A DNA stretch of 42,886 nt, taken from positions 1-42,886 of IMG/VR virus record IMGVR_UViG_3300037044_000005; one strand, written 5' to 3'. Positions 16,223-25,923 of the stretch are shown piece after piece. This DNA is from a virus. Lineage: Duplodnaviria > Caudoviricetes. The number at the start of each line of letters is the position of its first letter. Within the stretch, counting starts at the first letter, position 1. Position numbers and translations under genes: made by a program. The notes beneath the pieces are model-generated. The model saw nothing but the letters and a program-made list of their open reading frames with translations, ran no database searches and was not told the DNA's origin.

Positions 16223-16357
16223 ATGGACAAACTGATTGAATTACTTACAGGCGGCGGCACGGCTGTTTTATGCGTGCTGATCCTATTCTGCATTATCGGC
16301 GTGTTTTGGGCGTTGCTCCCGTTGTTCATCAAGCCGCCGACGGGAAAGGGGGATTGA
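16223..16357 (+). CDS. 44-aa membrane peptide (not in the ORF track)
   Basis: Reads MDKLIELLTGGG...; one hydrophobic helix. Confidence 0.5.
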   Translation: MDKLIELLTGGGTAVLCVLILFCIIGVFWALLPLFIKPPTGKGD

Positions 16358-16540
16358 GTGGAAGACCCGAAGCGCATTGCAGAATTGGAAGCTGAGATCG
16401 AGAAATTGAAAGCGAAGATAAAGAAAAAGGATTGCATTGCAGACTTACGGAGAAAGCAAAACCGCGAGAAAAATCGGCAGCTTGTCGAGGCGAAACGCGG
16501 TATCATGAAAGCATACAAAGCGATTTACGGCGAGAAGTAA
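16358..16540 (+). CDS. basic coiled-coil protein
   Basis: Abuts the previous ORF. Confidence 0.55.
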   Translation: MEDPKRIAELEAEIEKLKAKIKKKDCIADLRRKQNREKNRQLVEAKRGIMKAYKAIYGEK

Positions 16541-16608
16541 GATTATTTCAAATTTATTTTATGTATTATGGGCGTTAGGGGGACGCCTTTCCTTGAATAA
16601 ATTGGTAC

Positions 16609-16643
16609 TTGGCAAACTTGAAAATATACGTATAATATCAAGT
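16609..16643 (+). promoter_or_regulatory. sigma70 promoter overlapped by an inverted repeat
   Basis: TTGGCA-16 bp-TATAAT; ACTTGA...TCAAGT brackets the -10 box. Confidence 0.6.
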
Positions 16644-16665
16644 ATCAAACAACAAGGAGAACGAA

Positions 16666-16959
16666 ATGAACAAAAAACCCGCTTACGTAATCTTGAAGGC
16701 AGACCCCAATCCCGATTATTCCTCACCAGACCCGCGCGCCACAGTTAAAACCGTAAAGGTTAGGCTCCCTATCAGTAGTTTCGCAAAGGCTTCCGAGGTG
16801 TGCAAGAACTTCATTGAAAAGCTTGACATCGGCTCAGGCAATTGGACAGGCGGTCAAATTGGAAACATTGATGGTGAAATCATTGCTCATGTTTCCTATA
16901 ATGGGCGCGTTTGGGAAGGCGAGAAGTGGTCACAAGGTTGCAGGGAAATCGCAGTATGA
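16666..16959 (+). CDS. hypothetical protein
   Basis: AAGGAG RBS; SGNWTGG...HVSYNGRVW motif. Confidence 0.75.
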   Translation: MNKKPAYVILKADPNPDYSSPDPRATVKTVKVRLPISSFAKASEVCKNFIEKLDIGSGNWTGGQIGNIDGEIIAHVSYNGRVWEGEKWSQGCREIAV

Positions 16960-17540
16960 AAGTTTTGATTGCTTGTGAGTATAGCGGTATAGTCCGCTCC
17001 GCATTCGAGGCTCTTGGTCATAACTCTTGGTCTTGCGATTTACTACCCACAGAAATCGAAGGTCAGCATTATCAAGGCGATGTGCGAGACATGCTTTCAG
17101 AGCATTGGGATTTGATGATTGCCCACCCGCCCTGTACACATCTCGCAGTAAGTGGGGCGCGATGGTTTAAAGAAAAGCAAGCAGAGCAATCCGAAGCATT
17201 AGAGTTTGTGCGCTTGCTTATGTCAGCCAATATCGAAAAGATAGCAATTGAAAACCCTGTCAGCATTATTTCATCCCGCATCCGCAAGCCCGATCAAATT
17301 ATTCAGCCCTATCAATTCGGGCATGAAGCAACGAAAACAACCTGCTTGTGGTTGAAAGGCTTGCCAAAGTTACAAGCCACGAACATTGTCGGGAAAGGTA
17401 GCCGTCACGTCACGAAAAGTGGTAAAAGTTTGCCGACATGGTACAACCTTCCTCCGTCACCTACTCGCTGGAAAGAGCGTTCAAAAACCTTTGAAGGTAT
17501 CGCGTTGGCGATGGCTAATCAGTGGGGTTGCAATGGCTAA
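16956..17540 (+). CDS. phage C5-cytosine methyltransferase-like protein
   Basis: MKVLIACEYSG, AHPPCT catalytic PC motif, IENP, RSKTFEGIA. Confidence 0.8.
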   Translation: MKVLIACEYSGIVRSAFEALGHNSWSCDLLPTEIEGQHYQGDVRDMLSEHWDLMIAHPPCTHLAVSGARWFKEKQAEQSEALEFVRLLMSANIEKIAIENPVSIISSRIRKPDQIIQPYQFGHEATKTTCLWLKGLPKLQATNIVGKGSRHVTKSGKSLPTWYNLPPSPTRWKERSKTFEGIALAMANQWGCNG

Positions 17541-17730
17541 ACATGGCGGAAGTCGCAAAGGTTCAGGTAAGAAAACAGAGTTTGAAAAACCGATGAAGCG
17601 CAGGGAAGTTACGCTCGATGAAGAAACCATAAATTTCTATCTTGCAATCGGCAAAGGTAATCTGTCAAAAGGCATCCGTCAATTTTGGCGTGGCTCAGCA
17701 CCTAAAGTTCCGCCAAAATCGCAGATATAG
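17533..17730 (+). CDS. small RHH-like DNA-binding protein
   Basis: HGGSRKGSGKK...RREVTLDE...GNLSKGIR. Confidence 0.65.
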   Translation: MAKHGGSRKGSGKKTEFEKPMKRREVTLDEETINFYLAIGKGNLSKGIRQFWRGSAPKVPPKSQI

Positions 17731-17739
17731 TGTTATAAT
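17731..17739 (+). promoter_or_regulatory. extended -10 promoter upstream of the lysis genes
   Basis: TG-T-TATAAT. Confidence 0.5.
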
Positions 17740-17812
17740 CCCCTCAATCTAATCTCTCCCTGTCCCGCGCAAGCCGCACAAGGAGAGAGGCACGGCTCAA
17801 CCGCCTAGAAAT

Positions 17813-17866
17813 AGCCCGTTGAGATGTTTATCAGCAAAGCGCTGGTAGATGTCTCGCGGGCTTTTT
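17813..17866 (+). terminator. intrinsic terminator-like hairpin before the holin gene
   Basis: Long AGCCCG...CGGGCT stem followed by a T run. Confidence 0.6.
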
Positions 17867-17892
17867 CGTTATCTAATCACAGGAGTAAAAAA

Positions 17893-18171
17893 ATGGAAAT
17901 CTTTCTCGAACTGGTAAAAGAAAATGGTGTTCAGGGCTTGTTCATCGGCTTTGCCGTATTGCTGTTTGTGTTCGGCCTCAACAAGTCAGGCGTAGTGGTC
18001 ACGAAGTCGCAGAAGCAATTGGCGAATGTCTTTCTCTCCCTTCTGCTTGCTGGCGTCTCGTTGACCGACCCTTCACAGGCTGATGCAGTTGTGGCGGCTG
18101 TGGCTTCTCTTGGCTCCGCTGTGGCTTATGAATTGATCCGCTTTGTTATGGGATATTTGCCGCAGGGCTAG
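17893..18171 (+). CDS. putative holin
   Basis: 92 aa with three hydrophobic segments; AGGAG RBS; upstream of the lysin. Confidence 0.6.
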   Translation: MEIFLELVKENGVQGLFIGFAVLLFVFGLNKSGVVVTKSQKQLANVFLSLLLAGVSLTDPSQADAVVAAVASLGSAVAYELIRFVMGYLPQG

Positions 18172-18313
18172 AAGATAACGGGGCTTCAGGAGAGGTGATT
18201 TACTTCACCCGACTGCCCCGCCATCCTTGCCCGTCCGTGTTCACCTCATGCCGCAGGTGCAATCAGGCTGAAATGGAAAACGAGCGGACGGGCATAAAAA
18301 ACGAGGGTAAGTC

Positions 18314-18619
18314 ATGACGAACGGAGATACAGTATTAGAAATAAAGTCACTGCTTGCGGAAGGTGATGGAGCGATGTCAACAAAGACTGCGCTGCGTCTC
18401 AGTCTGAATCTACAAATACAGATTTTTGAAAGGCAAGCCGAACAGGAAAAGAAACACAAAGAACTTGAAGGACGATTGAAGAAACAGGAAGACACCAATA
18501 TTATTTTATGGGTTCAAAACAACCCGAAGCTCTCATTATTTGCAATAAGTGTCTACCTGATTATCGCCTCCCTTATTGACTTCCGAGACGTAATAGCGAA
18601 GGCAATAGGGTTGAGGTAG
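18314..18619 (+). CDS. coiled-coil protein with C-terminal transmembrane helix (lysis accessory?)
   Basis: GAGG RBS; hydrophobic C-terminus. Confidence 0.6.
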   Translation: MTNGDTVLEIKSLLAEGDGAMSTKTALRLSLNLQIQIFERQAEQEKKHKELEGRLKKQEDTNIILWVQNNPKLSLFAISVYLIIASLIDFRDVIAKAIGLR

Positions 18620-18632
18620 GAAGTGAGGCGAT

Positions 18633-19538
18633 TTGAATTGCCCGCATTGTCAGTCTACCGAAGTAATCAGGCACAAAACTACCAAGTACGCAACCGAACG
18701 GATTTACTGCAAGGCTTGCTCCTCTTGGTCTACAAATAAAGACGTTCCGAAAGTTTTATTGTTTGACATAGAGACATCACGAGTAAAGATTGAAACCGAT
18801 GTATGGGCGGATCAGGTACGAAAGCCGACATACTTAGGGCATAAGTCAGTCAAAGAAGATTGGTACATGCTTTCTTGGGCTGGTTCATGGCTTTTTTCGG
18901 GTGAAGCGTTCGGGGATGTTCTTAGGTCGTCAGAGGCAAAAGAACGCAATGACAAACGGATTGCAAAATCCCTGCATAAGACAATCCAGAGCGCGGACGT
19001 GGTCATCACCCACAACGGAAACAGATTTGACATCAAAAAGATAAACTGGCGCTTTCTCGTTCACGGCTTAGAGCCTGCAATGCGGTACAAATCCATTGAC
19101 ACCCTTGCAAAGTCCAAGCAGGTATTCGGAGTAACGTCACTGGCAATGGATTTTATGTGTAGGCAGTTAGGGTACGAGCAGAAGCATCACACCGATTATG
19201 GACTTTGGGAAGCGTGTGAGGAAGGCGACAAACCCGCGTTAACGCGGATGTATGAATACAACAAAAACGATGTTTTCATGCTTGAGGATTTGTACCTTCG
19301 GACTCGCGGCTGGTACTTAACTCACCCGAGTTTCTCTTATTTGATGGATATGTATCAGCCCTTACAGCCAGACGAACACAGATGCCCGCGCTGTACTCAT
19401 GTGGTAAACGACAGCAAATTTGCGAAGAAATGGACAACCCCCGCAGGATATGTTTACAAGACTTGTAACTGTCCAGAATGCGGGGCGATGCTCAGAAAAA
19501 CGCACCGTGAAGGCGGACAGATGGTGAGTGTTAGATGA
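18633..19538 (+). CDS. DEDD (RNase H-like) 3'-5' exonuclease flanked by Zn ribbons
   Basis: LLFDIET, HNGNRFD and YNKNDV motifs; CxxC pairs at both ends. Confidence 0.82.
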   Translation: MNCPHCQSTEVIRHKTTKYATERIYCKACSSWSTNKDVPKVLLFDIETSRVKIETDVWADQVRKPTYLGHKSVKEDWYMLSWAGSWLFSGEAFGDVLRSSEAKERNDKRIAKSLHKTIQSADVVITHNGNRFDIKKINWRFLVHGLEPAMRYKSIDTLAKSKQVFGVTSLAMDFMCRQLGYEQKHHTDYGLWEACEEGDKPALTRMYEYNKNDVFMLEDLYLRTRGWYLTHPSFSYLMDMYQPLQPDEHRCPRCTHVVNDSKFAKKWTTPAGYVYKTCNCPECGAMLRKTHREGGQMVSVR

Positions 19539-19659
19539 AACGTGCCCTGCTGATCCTATTTTTTACTCTCTGCTTTTTCGTGGATTATAAACTCCGTGAA
19601 ATGGAGCGGAGATATTTTCTCAAGCTGGCGATGGGTAGACATCTACCCAAAAGGTAAGA

Positions 19660-20331
19660 ATGAAAATAGTCCCAGACGTATCATTTTATCAGTACCGCTT
19701 TGGAAGCAGCTTACAAGAGATTGTAAGTTTTATAGACTTTCGCATTATGAGCGAGCGTACTGATTCCGTGATAATTCGGGCGGGGCAAAACTTATGGCAG
19801 GATGTAGCCTTTGACATATCGTGGAAGGCGGCAGAAGAAGCGGGATTACAACGCGGTAGTTACTGGTTCTATGACAGCCGAGTCAATCCAAAGCGACAAG
19901 CTGAAAAGTGGGTGGAAGTGCTAGGCAGCGACGCGGGGGAGCTGGAACTATGGATGGACTTTGAAGACCGTTACGGCGGGCAATTCGGCGGCATGAAGAA
20001 CTGGTACGACTTTGCCGAACGAATGAAAAGCCTATTGCCTCACAAGCAATTGGGCGTTTATACGGGATATTACTACTGGATGGAGCATCTGACAGGGATT
20101 GAATCCTATTTTGCTCAGTATCCCCTATGGATTGCGGCGTATGGAACACCCGCCCCCCGCATCCCCCCAACATGGGACGACTGGCTGATGTGGCAATACA
20201 CCGATAACGGAACGGGCAGTATTTACGGTGCGCCGAGTGGAAACATAGATTTGAACTATCGCAAGGGAGAGCGTAAATCCTCCATCATTGCGGATTTTGG
20301 AAGTCAAAAGGTGCAATATGAACAAATATAA
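19660..20331 (+). CDS. GH25 muramidase (endolysin)
   Basis: DVSFYQ, MDFE, LWIAAY, WQYT and IDLN motifs. Confidence 0.9.
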   Translation: MKIVPDVSFYQYRFGSSLQEIVSFIDFRIMSERTDSVIIRAGQNLWQDVAFDISWKAAEEAGLQRGSYWFYDSRVNPKRQAEKWVEVLGSDAGELELWMDFEDRYGGQFGGMKNWYDFAERMKSLLPHKQLGVYTGYYYWMEHLTGIESYFAQYPLWIAAYGTPAPRIPPTWDDWLMWQYTDNGTGSIYGAPSGNIDLNYRKGERKSSIIADFGSQKVQYEQI

Positions 20332-20653
20332 ATATCTGAGTACAAAATACAACATGAGCATTCGCAGCGAGCCGACAACCTCCGCGCCGAAAATCGGACA
20401 GTTGAATCTGGGCGTTTATGGATACGGGGATGAAGTTAAAGACCTCCCTGGTGGTGACAAGTGGATCAAGATACTTACTGGCGGCTCTGCTGTTGGGTGG
20501 GTTGCTGTTGTTCATCTTGGAAAGGTGTACGGACAGATTGCGGTTATTGGCGAAGAACCACCCCCGCCTCCCGTGCCAACATTCCCCGAATCATTCACGC
20601 TGACAGACAAAAACGGCAACAAAGCGGAATATCAATTTGTAAGGCTTTTATAA
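20318..20653 (+). CDS. SH3b cell-wall-binding-like protein
   Basis: MSIRSEP...W...GWV pattern, Pro-rich linker, short C-terminal beta module. Confidence 0.7.
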   Translation: MNKYKYLSTKYNMSIRSEPTTSAPKIGQLNLGVYGYGDEVKDLPGGDKWIKILTGGSAVGWVAVVHLGKVYGQIAVIGEEPPPPPVPTFPESFTLTDKNGNKAEYQFVRLL

Positions 20654-21475
20654 ATGTCACTGATTGCAGATTTTGACGGCCAGAAGGTAGAGTATGCGCG
20701 GAAGTTTGAGCGCCTGGATATTGGCCGCACCATCCCGAATGACGGACATCGGTACTTCATGGCACAACATGAATGGGTGCTATGGGGAAAGACTCGTTTG
20801 CCGAACAACGGAACAAAGGAAGCCATCCCCGCAATCGTAAACGGAAACTGGGGTATCAAAACAGCCGTGCAAGGTGATTACTCGTTTCTTAGCGATGAGT
20901 GGCTGTGGTGGTTTTACGATTTTTGGAATCATCATTCTGGATACAGATTGCCAGTCGGAGAGAAAGTCGGCACGTATGTAAATCCCTTCAACCCCGATAT
21001 TACCTACACCCGCTACACACCAGGCAGCCTAAAAAGCCTGTACGCGGGGATGATGATGGACGGGAAGGCATGGACTGATTCAGGTTCACCCGAATCAGGG
21101 CGACGGGATGTAGTGTGTGGAAGAAATCTGGACGCCCGCGATCCTGTTGCGTGGTTGTGCCGTCCGTGTTCTGGCGCGGTCATGCAACTCCGATATGTAA
21201 ATGGCGCAAAGCTGGTCATGAACGCAATTGACTTATACAAGCCACCGCCCGACATCTCATCTCTTGAGATATGGCAATTCTACTTTGCAACTCAGGTACA
21301 TCTTGACGGGCGAGTCACACGTTTCCCAGACGTGAAAGAGGAATTTGAAGTACACGGTTATCCCCCCGCTGGTACTGCTGTTCCGATGATTGCCCCTGGT
21401 GGGACGTTCAGCATAGACAAGGCGGCTTGTGTGGAGTTATTCCCTGGGCAGACATGGCAGCCGTATTACCCGTAA
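20654..21475 (+). CDS. hypothetical protein in the lysis module
   Basis: 273-aa ORF abutting the SH3b gene. Confidence 0.75.
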   Translation: MSLIADFDGQKVEYARKFERLDIGRTIPNDGHRYFMAQHEWVLWGKTRLPNNGTKEAIPAIVNGNWGIKTAVQGDYSFLSDEWLWWFYDFWNHHSGYRLPVGEKVGTYVNPFNPDITYTRYTPGSLKSLYAGMMMDGKAWTDSGSPESGRRDVVCGRNLDARDPVAWLCRPCSGAVMQLRYVNGAKLVMNAIDLYKPPPDISSLEIWQFYFATQVHLDGRVTRFPDVKEEFEVHGYPPAGTAVPMIAPGGTFSIDKAACVELFPGQTWQPYYP

Positions 21476-21483
21476 GAGGCACA

Positions 21484-21615
21484 ATGACCGAATGCACAAG
21501 ATGCGGCAAGCGGCAACCAAAGAAAAAGCTGTGTGATGACTGCAAGAAGATACGCCGCGCTGAGGCAAATTATAGGTATCGGACGAAAGTCCGAGGAAAG
21601 CGAAAGAGGAAATAG
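21484..21615 (+). CDS. small basic Zn-finger peptide
   Basis: CTRC and CDDC motifs; GAGG RBS. Confidence 0.5.
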   Translation: MTECTRCGKRQPKKKLCDDCKKIRRAEANYRYRTKVRGKRKRK

Positions 21616-21840
21616 ATGTTCAATCAACTCTACGCCGACATGAAAGAGCTACGCAATAGGCTGAAAGCCCTGTTTCCAAACGGATATTACAAGTATGAAA
21701 CCTACAAAAACGGGTCAAGTGTGACGGTAATCAATTTCAATGAAGATGAATATGTGTTTATTGACATGCTCGAAGTGAAACATACACCAGAAGATAGTAA
21801 AGACTGGGTTCATTACAAAGTTACAAGAAAGGCGCTTTGA
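21616..21840 (+). CDS. hypothetical protein
   Basis: GAGGA RBS. Confidence 0.6.
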   Translation: MFNQLYADMKELRNRLKALFPNGYYKYETYKNGSSVTVINFNEDEYVFIDMLEVKHTPEDSKDWVHYKVTRKAL

Positions 21841-21977
21841 GGAAATGACAGAAACCCTAGACGACATGGCAAAGAATCCAAAGACAACGATATTCGCGGC
21901 GGTTGTCACTCTGCTGGTTATTGCCGCCCCTTGTTTGGTGATAGTTTGGATAATCGGAAGCTGAAAGCGAGTAAAGA

Positions 21978-22244
21978 ATGATAAAAAACGCCTTATTGTG
22001 TAGGGGTTATTCAATAGACAGAGAAGCTAATCACCCTGTTGTTATACGCGCCGAACTGATTTTACCTATTGACTCGCGCCACAGCGAAGAAATTGCGGAC
22101 GCACTAAAGAAAATCGAATTACTTTTAGGCGGTTCAATGGGGGTAAATCTAGTACAAGGCGCGTCCCGCCCTCGTTGTCAGTGGTGCGGAGTATTGCACG
22201 ATGAAACTGAAAAAGTCTGCCCGCAGTGTGGCGGGGCAGTGTAG
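21978..22244 (+). CDS. hypothetical protein with C-terminal Zn ribbon
   Basis: CQWC...CPQC. Confidence 0.6.
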   Translation: MIKNALLCRGYSIDREANHPVVIRAELILPIDSRHSEEIADALKKIELLLGGSMGVNLVQGASRPRCQWCGVLHDETEKVCPQCGGAV

Positions 22245-22258
22245 AAGGCGAGTAAGGA

Positions 22259-22534
22259 ATGACAGACCTACTATTTGACAGGCGCAGAGTCGGAAAGTTT
22301 CTGCTCAGTGTGGATGTTTTAGAGCAAGGTGATATTCCGCAAGTATTTGCAGGGCTGGGAATAACCATTGTGCGGGCTGAAATGCTGTATCACTCTAACA
22401 CTATTGAATACGTCGGCATTAGCCCTAATTTTAGGGTTGTCAAGTATGGCGAAAGACCCCCCTACTACACCGTAGTATTTCACGTAGACGGCGAGGAAAT
22501 CAGCTACGAGGCGAAGGAAAGCAGAGAGGTATGA
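22259..22534 (+). CDS. hypothetical protein
   Basis: TTG start after AAGGA. Confidence 0.6.
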   Translation: MTDLLFDRRRVGKFLLSVDVLEQGDIPQVFAGLGITIVRAEMLYHSNTIEYVGISPNFRVVKYGERPPYYTVVFHVDGEEISYEAKESREV

Positions 22535-22544
22535 GTAAACCGAA

Positions 22545-23090
22545 ATGACAGACGAAAAGCAGCTTAGTAAGCCTGATGAGGTATTCGTTAGTGAATACCT
22601 TTTAGGCTTTAACGCTACGGCGGCTTATAAAAAGGCGCACCCAAAGGCAAAAGACACTACTGCCGCCTCAAATGGGTGGAAACTGCTTAGAAAAACTGAG
22701 ATACAGGACGCAATAAAAGCGCGTCTTGATGAAGTCCACATGTCCGCAAATGAAGCCCTGAAACTTACCGCAGACATAGCGCGGGGCGACATTACCGAAT
22801 TTATAACGCCGTTCGGAAACCTTGACATTGACGTACTCCGCAAGAGCGGTAAGGGGCGGCTGGTGAAGAAGATAAAGCAAAAGACCGTTACCAAGATAGG
22901 CAAGGGAGATAAAGACCCTGACGTAGAGGTATTAGATACGGAGATTGAACTGTACCCAGCCGACGCCGCGCTGGATAAGATTTTGAAGGTACACGGAAAA
23001 TATAGCGACGCCCCAACCGTCAACATAAACATGAGTTGGAAGGAATTTGTCGAAAGTGCTAACAGAAGCGCAAGCAATAACAACACCTAA
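22545..23090 (+). CDS. terS: terminase small subunit
   Basis: FVSEYLLGFNATAAYKKA (Terminase_2-like); precedes TerL. Confidence 0.85.
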   Translation: MTDEKQLSKPDEVFVSEYLLGFNATAAYKKAHPKAKDTTAASNGWKLLRKTEIQDAIKARLDEVHMSANEALKLTADIARGDITEFITPFGNLDIDVLRKSGKGRLVKKIKQKTVTKIGKGDKDPDVEVLDTEIELYPADAALDKILKVHGKYSDAPTVNINMSWKEFVESANRSASNNNT

Positions 23091-24480
23091 AGATTTTGCT
23101 TATGTATTCCTGCGGATACTGGACAAGGAAAAGAACCTAGTCCCCTTCCAGTGGAACAAAGCGCAGGCGCATTTTCACGCCAACCGAACGGGGCGCGATC
23201 TCATCTTAAAAGCTCGGCAATTGGGCTTCTCCACATACGTACAGGGTGAGCAGTTTCGGCGTACCGTCACCAGCACACAGACGACCATCACCCTAGCACA
23301 TGACGCAGAGACAACGCAGAAGTTACGGCGCATGGCGGACAGATTTTACGAGCATTGCAAATTCGGAAACATTCAGCCGCTTAGAAAATACGCCAATTCC
23401 ACACTCGCCACCTATCCTGAGTTTGACAGTACCGCCACGATTGCAACGGCTGGAAACGTGGAGACGGGGCGCGGTGATACCTACACAGAGATGCACGGCT
23501 CTGAGGTTGCATTCTGGAAGGACGCCGAGCGGATAGTAGCAGGCGCGATGCAAGGCGGCAGCCCGATAGTGACACTGGAAAGCACGCCGAACGGAGCGCA
23601 GGGATTCTTTTACGAGAAATGTATGGAAGCCCTGTCAGGGGATAGTATCTGGAAGCTGCACTTCTACCCCTGGTGGTGGGATAACGAATACCGCCTAGAT
23701 GCTGGCGATATTACCTACACCGATGAAGAAAAAGAACTTGTCAGGAAGCATGGATTAGACAAGGGACAAATTGAATGGCGGCGGATGAAGGTCAAGGAAC
23801 TGGGTCGCCTGTTTATTCAAGAGTACCCCGAAGATGCCGTATCCTGCTTTCTAACGTCGGGTAATAGTTACTTCGGTGACTTGTCAGGTGTGTTCACAGC
23901 ACCAATGAATGCGGAATACATCGAAGGGCATGAGTACATCGCGGGGCTGGACTTCGGGCAGACTGACTTTACTGCTATGCCTGTATTTGATAAAACGGCA
24001 AAGTGTCAGGTTGACCTGCTGCATATCAACAAAACAGAATGGGCGGAGCAGCGCAGACGGATAAAGCAGATGTACAAAAAGTGGAATTTGAAAAGTGTAC
24101 TTGGAGAGCGTAACAGTATCGGTGGCGTGAATATTGAGGCTCTTCAAAAAGACGGCGTTACGGTTATCCCGTTCGATACCACGAATGAAAGCAAGGCTGG
24201 AATTATGTCCGATTTGCACGAGGCTTTGCATAGTGGTTGGAAGCTATTGGATATTCCGACACAAAAGCATGAATTTAACACGTTTATTTCCACCCAACTT
24301 CCGAGCGGTGCATGGCGGCTGGCTGCCGAGGGCGATGGACATGATGATATTGTAATGGGTGATGCGCTGGCAATACGACACGGGCGCATGTCTATATCAT
24401 TACCAAACAATCAACCCGTACAAAACTCAAAGTTCCGTGATACGCAGGAAGAGAGTTTCGGCGGATGGAAAAAGTATTAA
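23047..24480 (+). CDS. terL: terminase large subunit
   Basis: LKARQLGFST Walker A, HGSEVAFW Walker B, ESTPNG coupling motif, GLDFG and HDDIV nuclease motifs. Confidence 0.93.
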   Translation: MSKVLTEAQAITTPKDFAYVFLRILDKEKNLVPFQWNKAQAHFHANRTGRDLILKARQLGFSTYVQGEQFRRTVTSTQTTITLAHDAETTQKLRRMADRFYEHCKFGNIQPLRKYANSTLATYPEFDSTATIATAGNVETGRGDTYTEMHGSEVAFWKDAERIVAGAMQGGSPIVTLESTPNGAQGFFYEKCMEALSGDSIWKLHFYPWWWDNEYRLDAGDITYTDEEKELVRKHGLDKGQIEWRRMKVKELGRLFIQEYPEDAVSCFLTSGNSYFGDLSGVFTAPMNAEYIEGHEYIAGLDFGQTDFTAMPVFDKTAKCQVDLLHINKTEWAEQRRRIKQMYKKWNLKSVLGERNSIGGVNIEALQKDGVTVIPFDTTNESKAGIMSDLHEALHSGWKLLDIPTQKHEFNTFISTQLPSGAWRLAAEGDGHDDIVMGDALAIRHGRMSISLPNNQPVQNSKFRDTQEESFGGWKKY

Positions 24481-24498
24481 CTCTTATACGGAGTAGAA

Positions 24499-25923
24499 AT
24501 GGCAGATAATAAAAATGAAATTGGATACACTGGACTAGTTGAATACAGCGGACAAATCCGTGATGACTTCCTAAAGGAGTTTCACGGGAAGGAAGCATAC
24601 AAACGCTTCAATGAGATGCGGTTAAATAATGCGACCATTGGCGCGGGTTTGCTTGCGATTGAATACATCATCCGCTCTATGTCATGGGAATTTACCAGCG
24701 ATGAGGACGAAGACCCCTGGCAGGAGTTTGTAGAGGAATCGCGTAAAGGAATGAGTCAATCGTGGAACGATTTGGTTAGCGAGGCTATATCGTTTGTGTG
24801 GGCTGGCTTTTCCATCTTCGAGATCATCTACAAACGCGATGAAGCGGGTCGGCTTACGTGGCGCAAATTCGCCCCGCGTGGACAGGATACGGTATATCAG
24901 TGGCTGTTTGATGATACGGGCGGGCTGGCGGGCTTCAGGCAGTTGGCCGCGCCGAAGTATCAGGCGGTGGATATACCTATGGAGAAATCCATCCTATTCC
25001 GCACCCGCCTTGAAAAGAACAATCCCGAAGGGCGCAGCCTTTTGCGTATTGCGTGGGTAAGCTACTACTACCTGAAAAACTTACAGCAGATCGAGGCGAT
25101 AGGATTCGAGCGCGACGTAAACGGCTTGCCTGTTATCAAGTTACCAGAGGGAGCCGACACCAACGAAAGCAGCACAACCAGCGACGCAAGCAAGGCCGCA
25201 AAGATCGTCAGGAATATGCGCGTTGATGAACAAGCGGGTCTAGTCCTCCCCTTTGGGTGGGACGCCTTGTTATTGAGCGGCAACGGCAAGTCATTCGATT
25301 CACTGTCTAACGCTATTGAGCGATATGAAAAGCGCATTGCAACCGCTTTCTTTTCACAGTTCCTTATGCTGGGACAGGATGGCGTCGGCTCTATGGCGCT
25401 GAGTGAAAGCAGCACCGACTTTTTCATGTCGGCTGTAAACGCGATTGCTGACATATTCAGTGAGACATTCACAAAATACGCGGTGTACCGTCTTTTGAAG
25501 CTGAATGGCGCGACTGACGAAGAAGCGCGACGGGTCAAGCTGACACACACACCCGCTTCATCCGTGAACATTGAAAAGATCGGCGCGTTCATCGGCTCTA
25601 TCAAGGATTTGATGACATGGGACGAAAACGATGAACTATGGCTTCGCCAGTTGGCAGGAGCGCCAGAGCGCGACCCCGAACAACTCAAGGCAGACCGTGA
25701 CAATCTTATGCGAGAGAAAGCCGAAGCCGCCAAAGCCTTTGCAGAGCGCGTGACAAAGCAGCCAGAGCGTGAGGATAACGAAGCGGAGCATTTTGAGGCG
25801 GGCGCGCCTGACGACAAGCGCCGAACGAAGTACGAAAAGGCGTATGAAAAGGAAATTGCCTCGTTCCTTGAGAAACAACAGCGCCGCATCTTGAAAGCGG
25901 CAAGGGCGATGAAAAATGCCTAG
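24499..25923 (+). CDS. portal protein (Mu gp29/DUF935-like)
   Basis: Follows TerL; NPEGRSLLR and ERDVNGLP motifs. Confidence 0.85.
   Translation: MADNKNEIGYTGLVEYSGQIRDDFLKEFHGKEAYKRFNEMRLNNATIGAGLLAIEYIIRSMSWEFTSDEDEDPWQEFVEESRKGMSQSWNDLVSEAISFVWAGFSIFEIIYKRDEAGRLTWRKFAPRGQDTVYQWLFDDTGGLAGFRQLAAPKYQAVDIPMEKSILFRTRLEKNNPEGRSLLRIAWVSYYYLKNLQQIEAIGFERDVNGLPVIKLPEGADTNESSTTSDASKAAKIVRNMRVDEQAGLVLPFGWDALLLSGNGKSFDSLSNAIERYEKRIATAFFSQFLMLGQDGVGSMALSESSTDFFMSAVNAIADIFSETFTKYAVYRLLKLNGATDEEARRVKLTHTPASSVNIEKIGAFIGSIKDLMTWDENDELWLRQLAGAPERDPEQLKADRDNLMREKAEAAKAFAERVTKQPEREDNEAEHFEAGAPDDKRRTKYEKAYEKEIASFLEKQQRRILKAARAMKNA

Noticed and set aside
15664-16600. A third cassette starting at GTTCGGCGAC
   Set aside because: I found no complementary R'' (GTCGCCGAAC) or attC downstream, so I treat this as the array end.
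25068-25889. 273-aa antisense ORF within the portal gene, and similar shadow ORFs
   Set aside because: Opposite strand of a clear gene; no RBS or motif; expected from codon bias.
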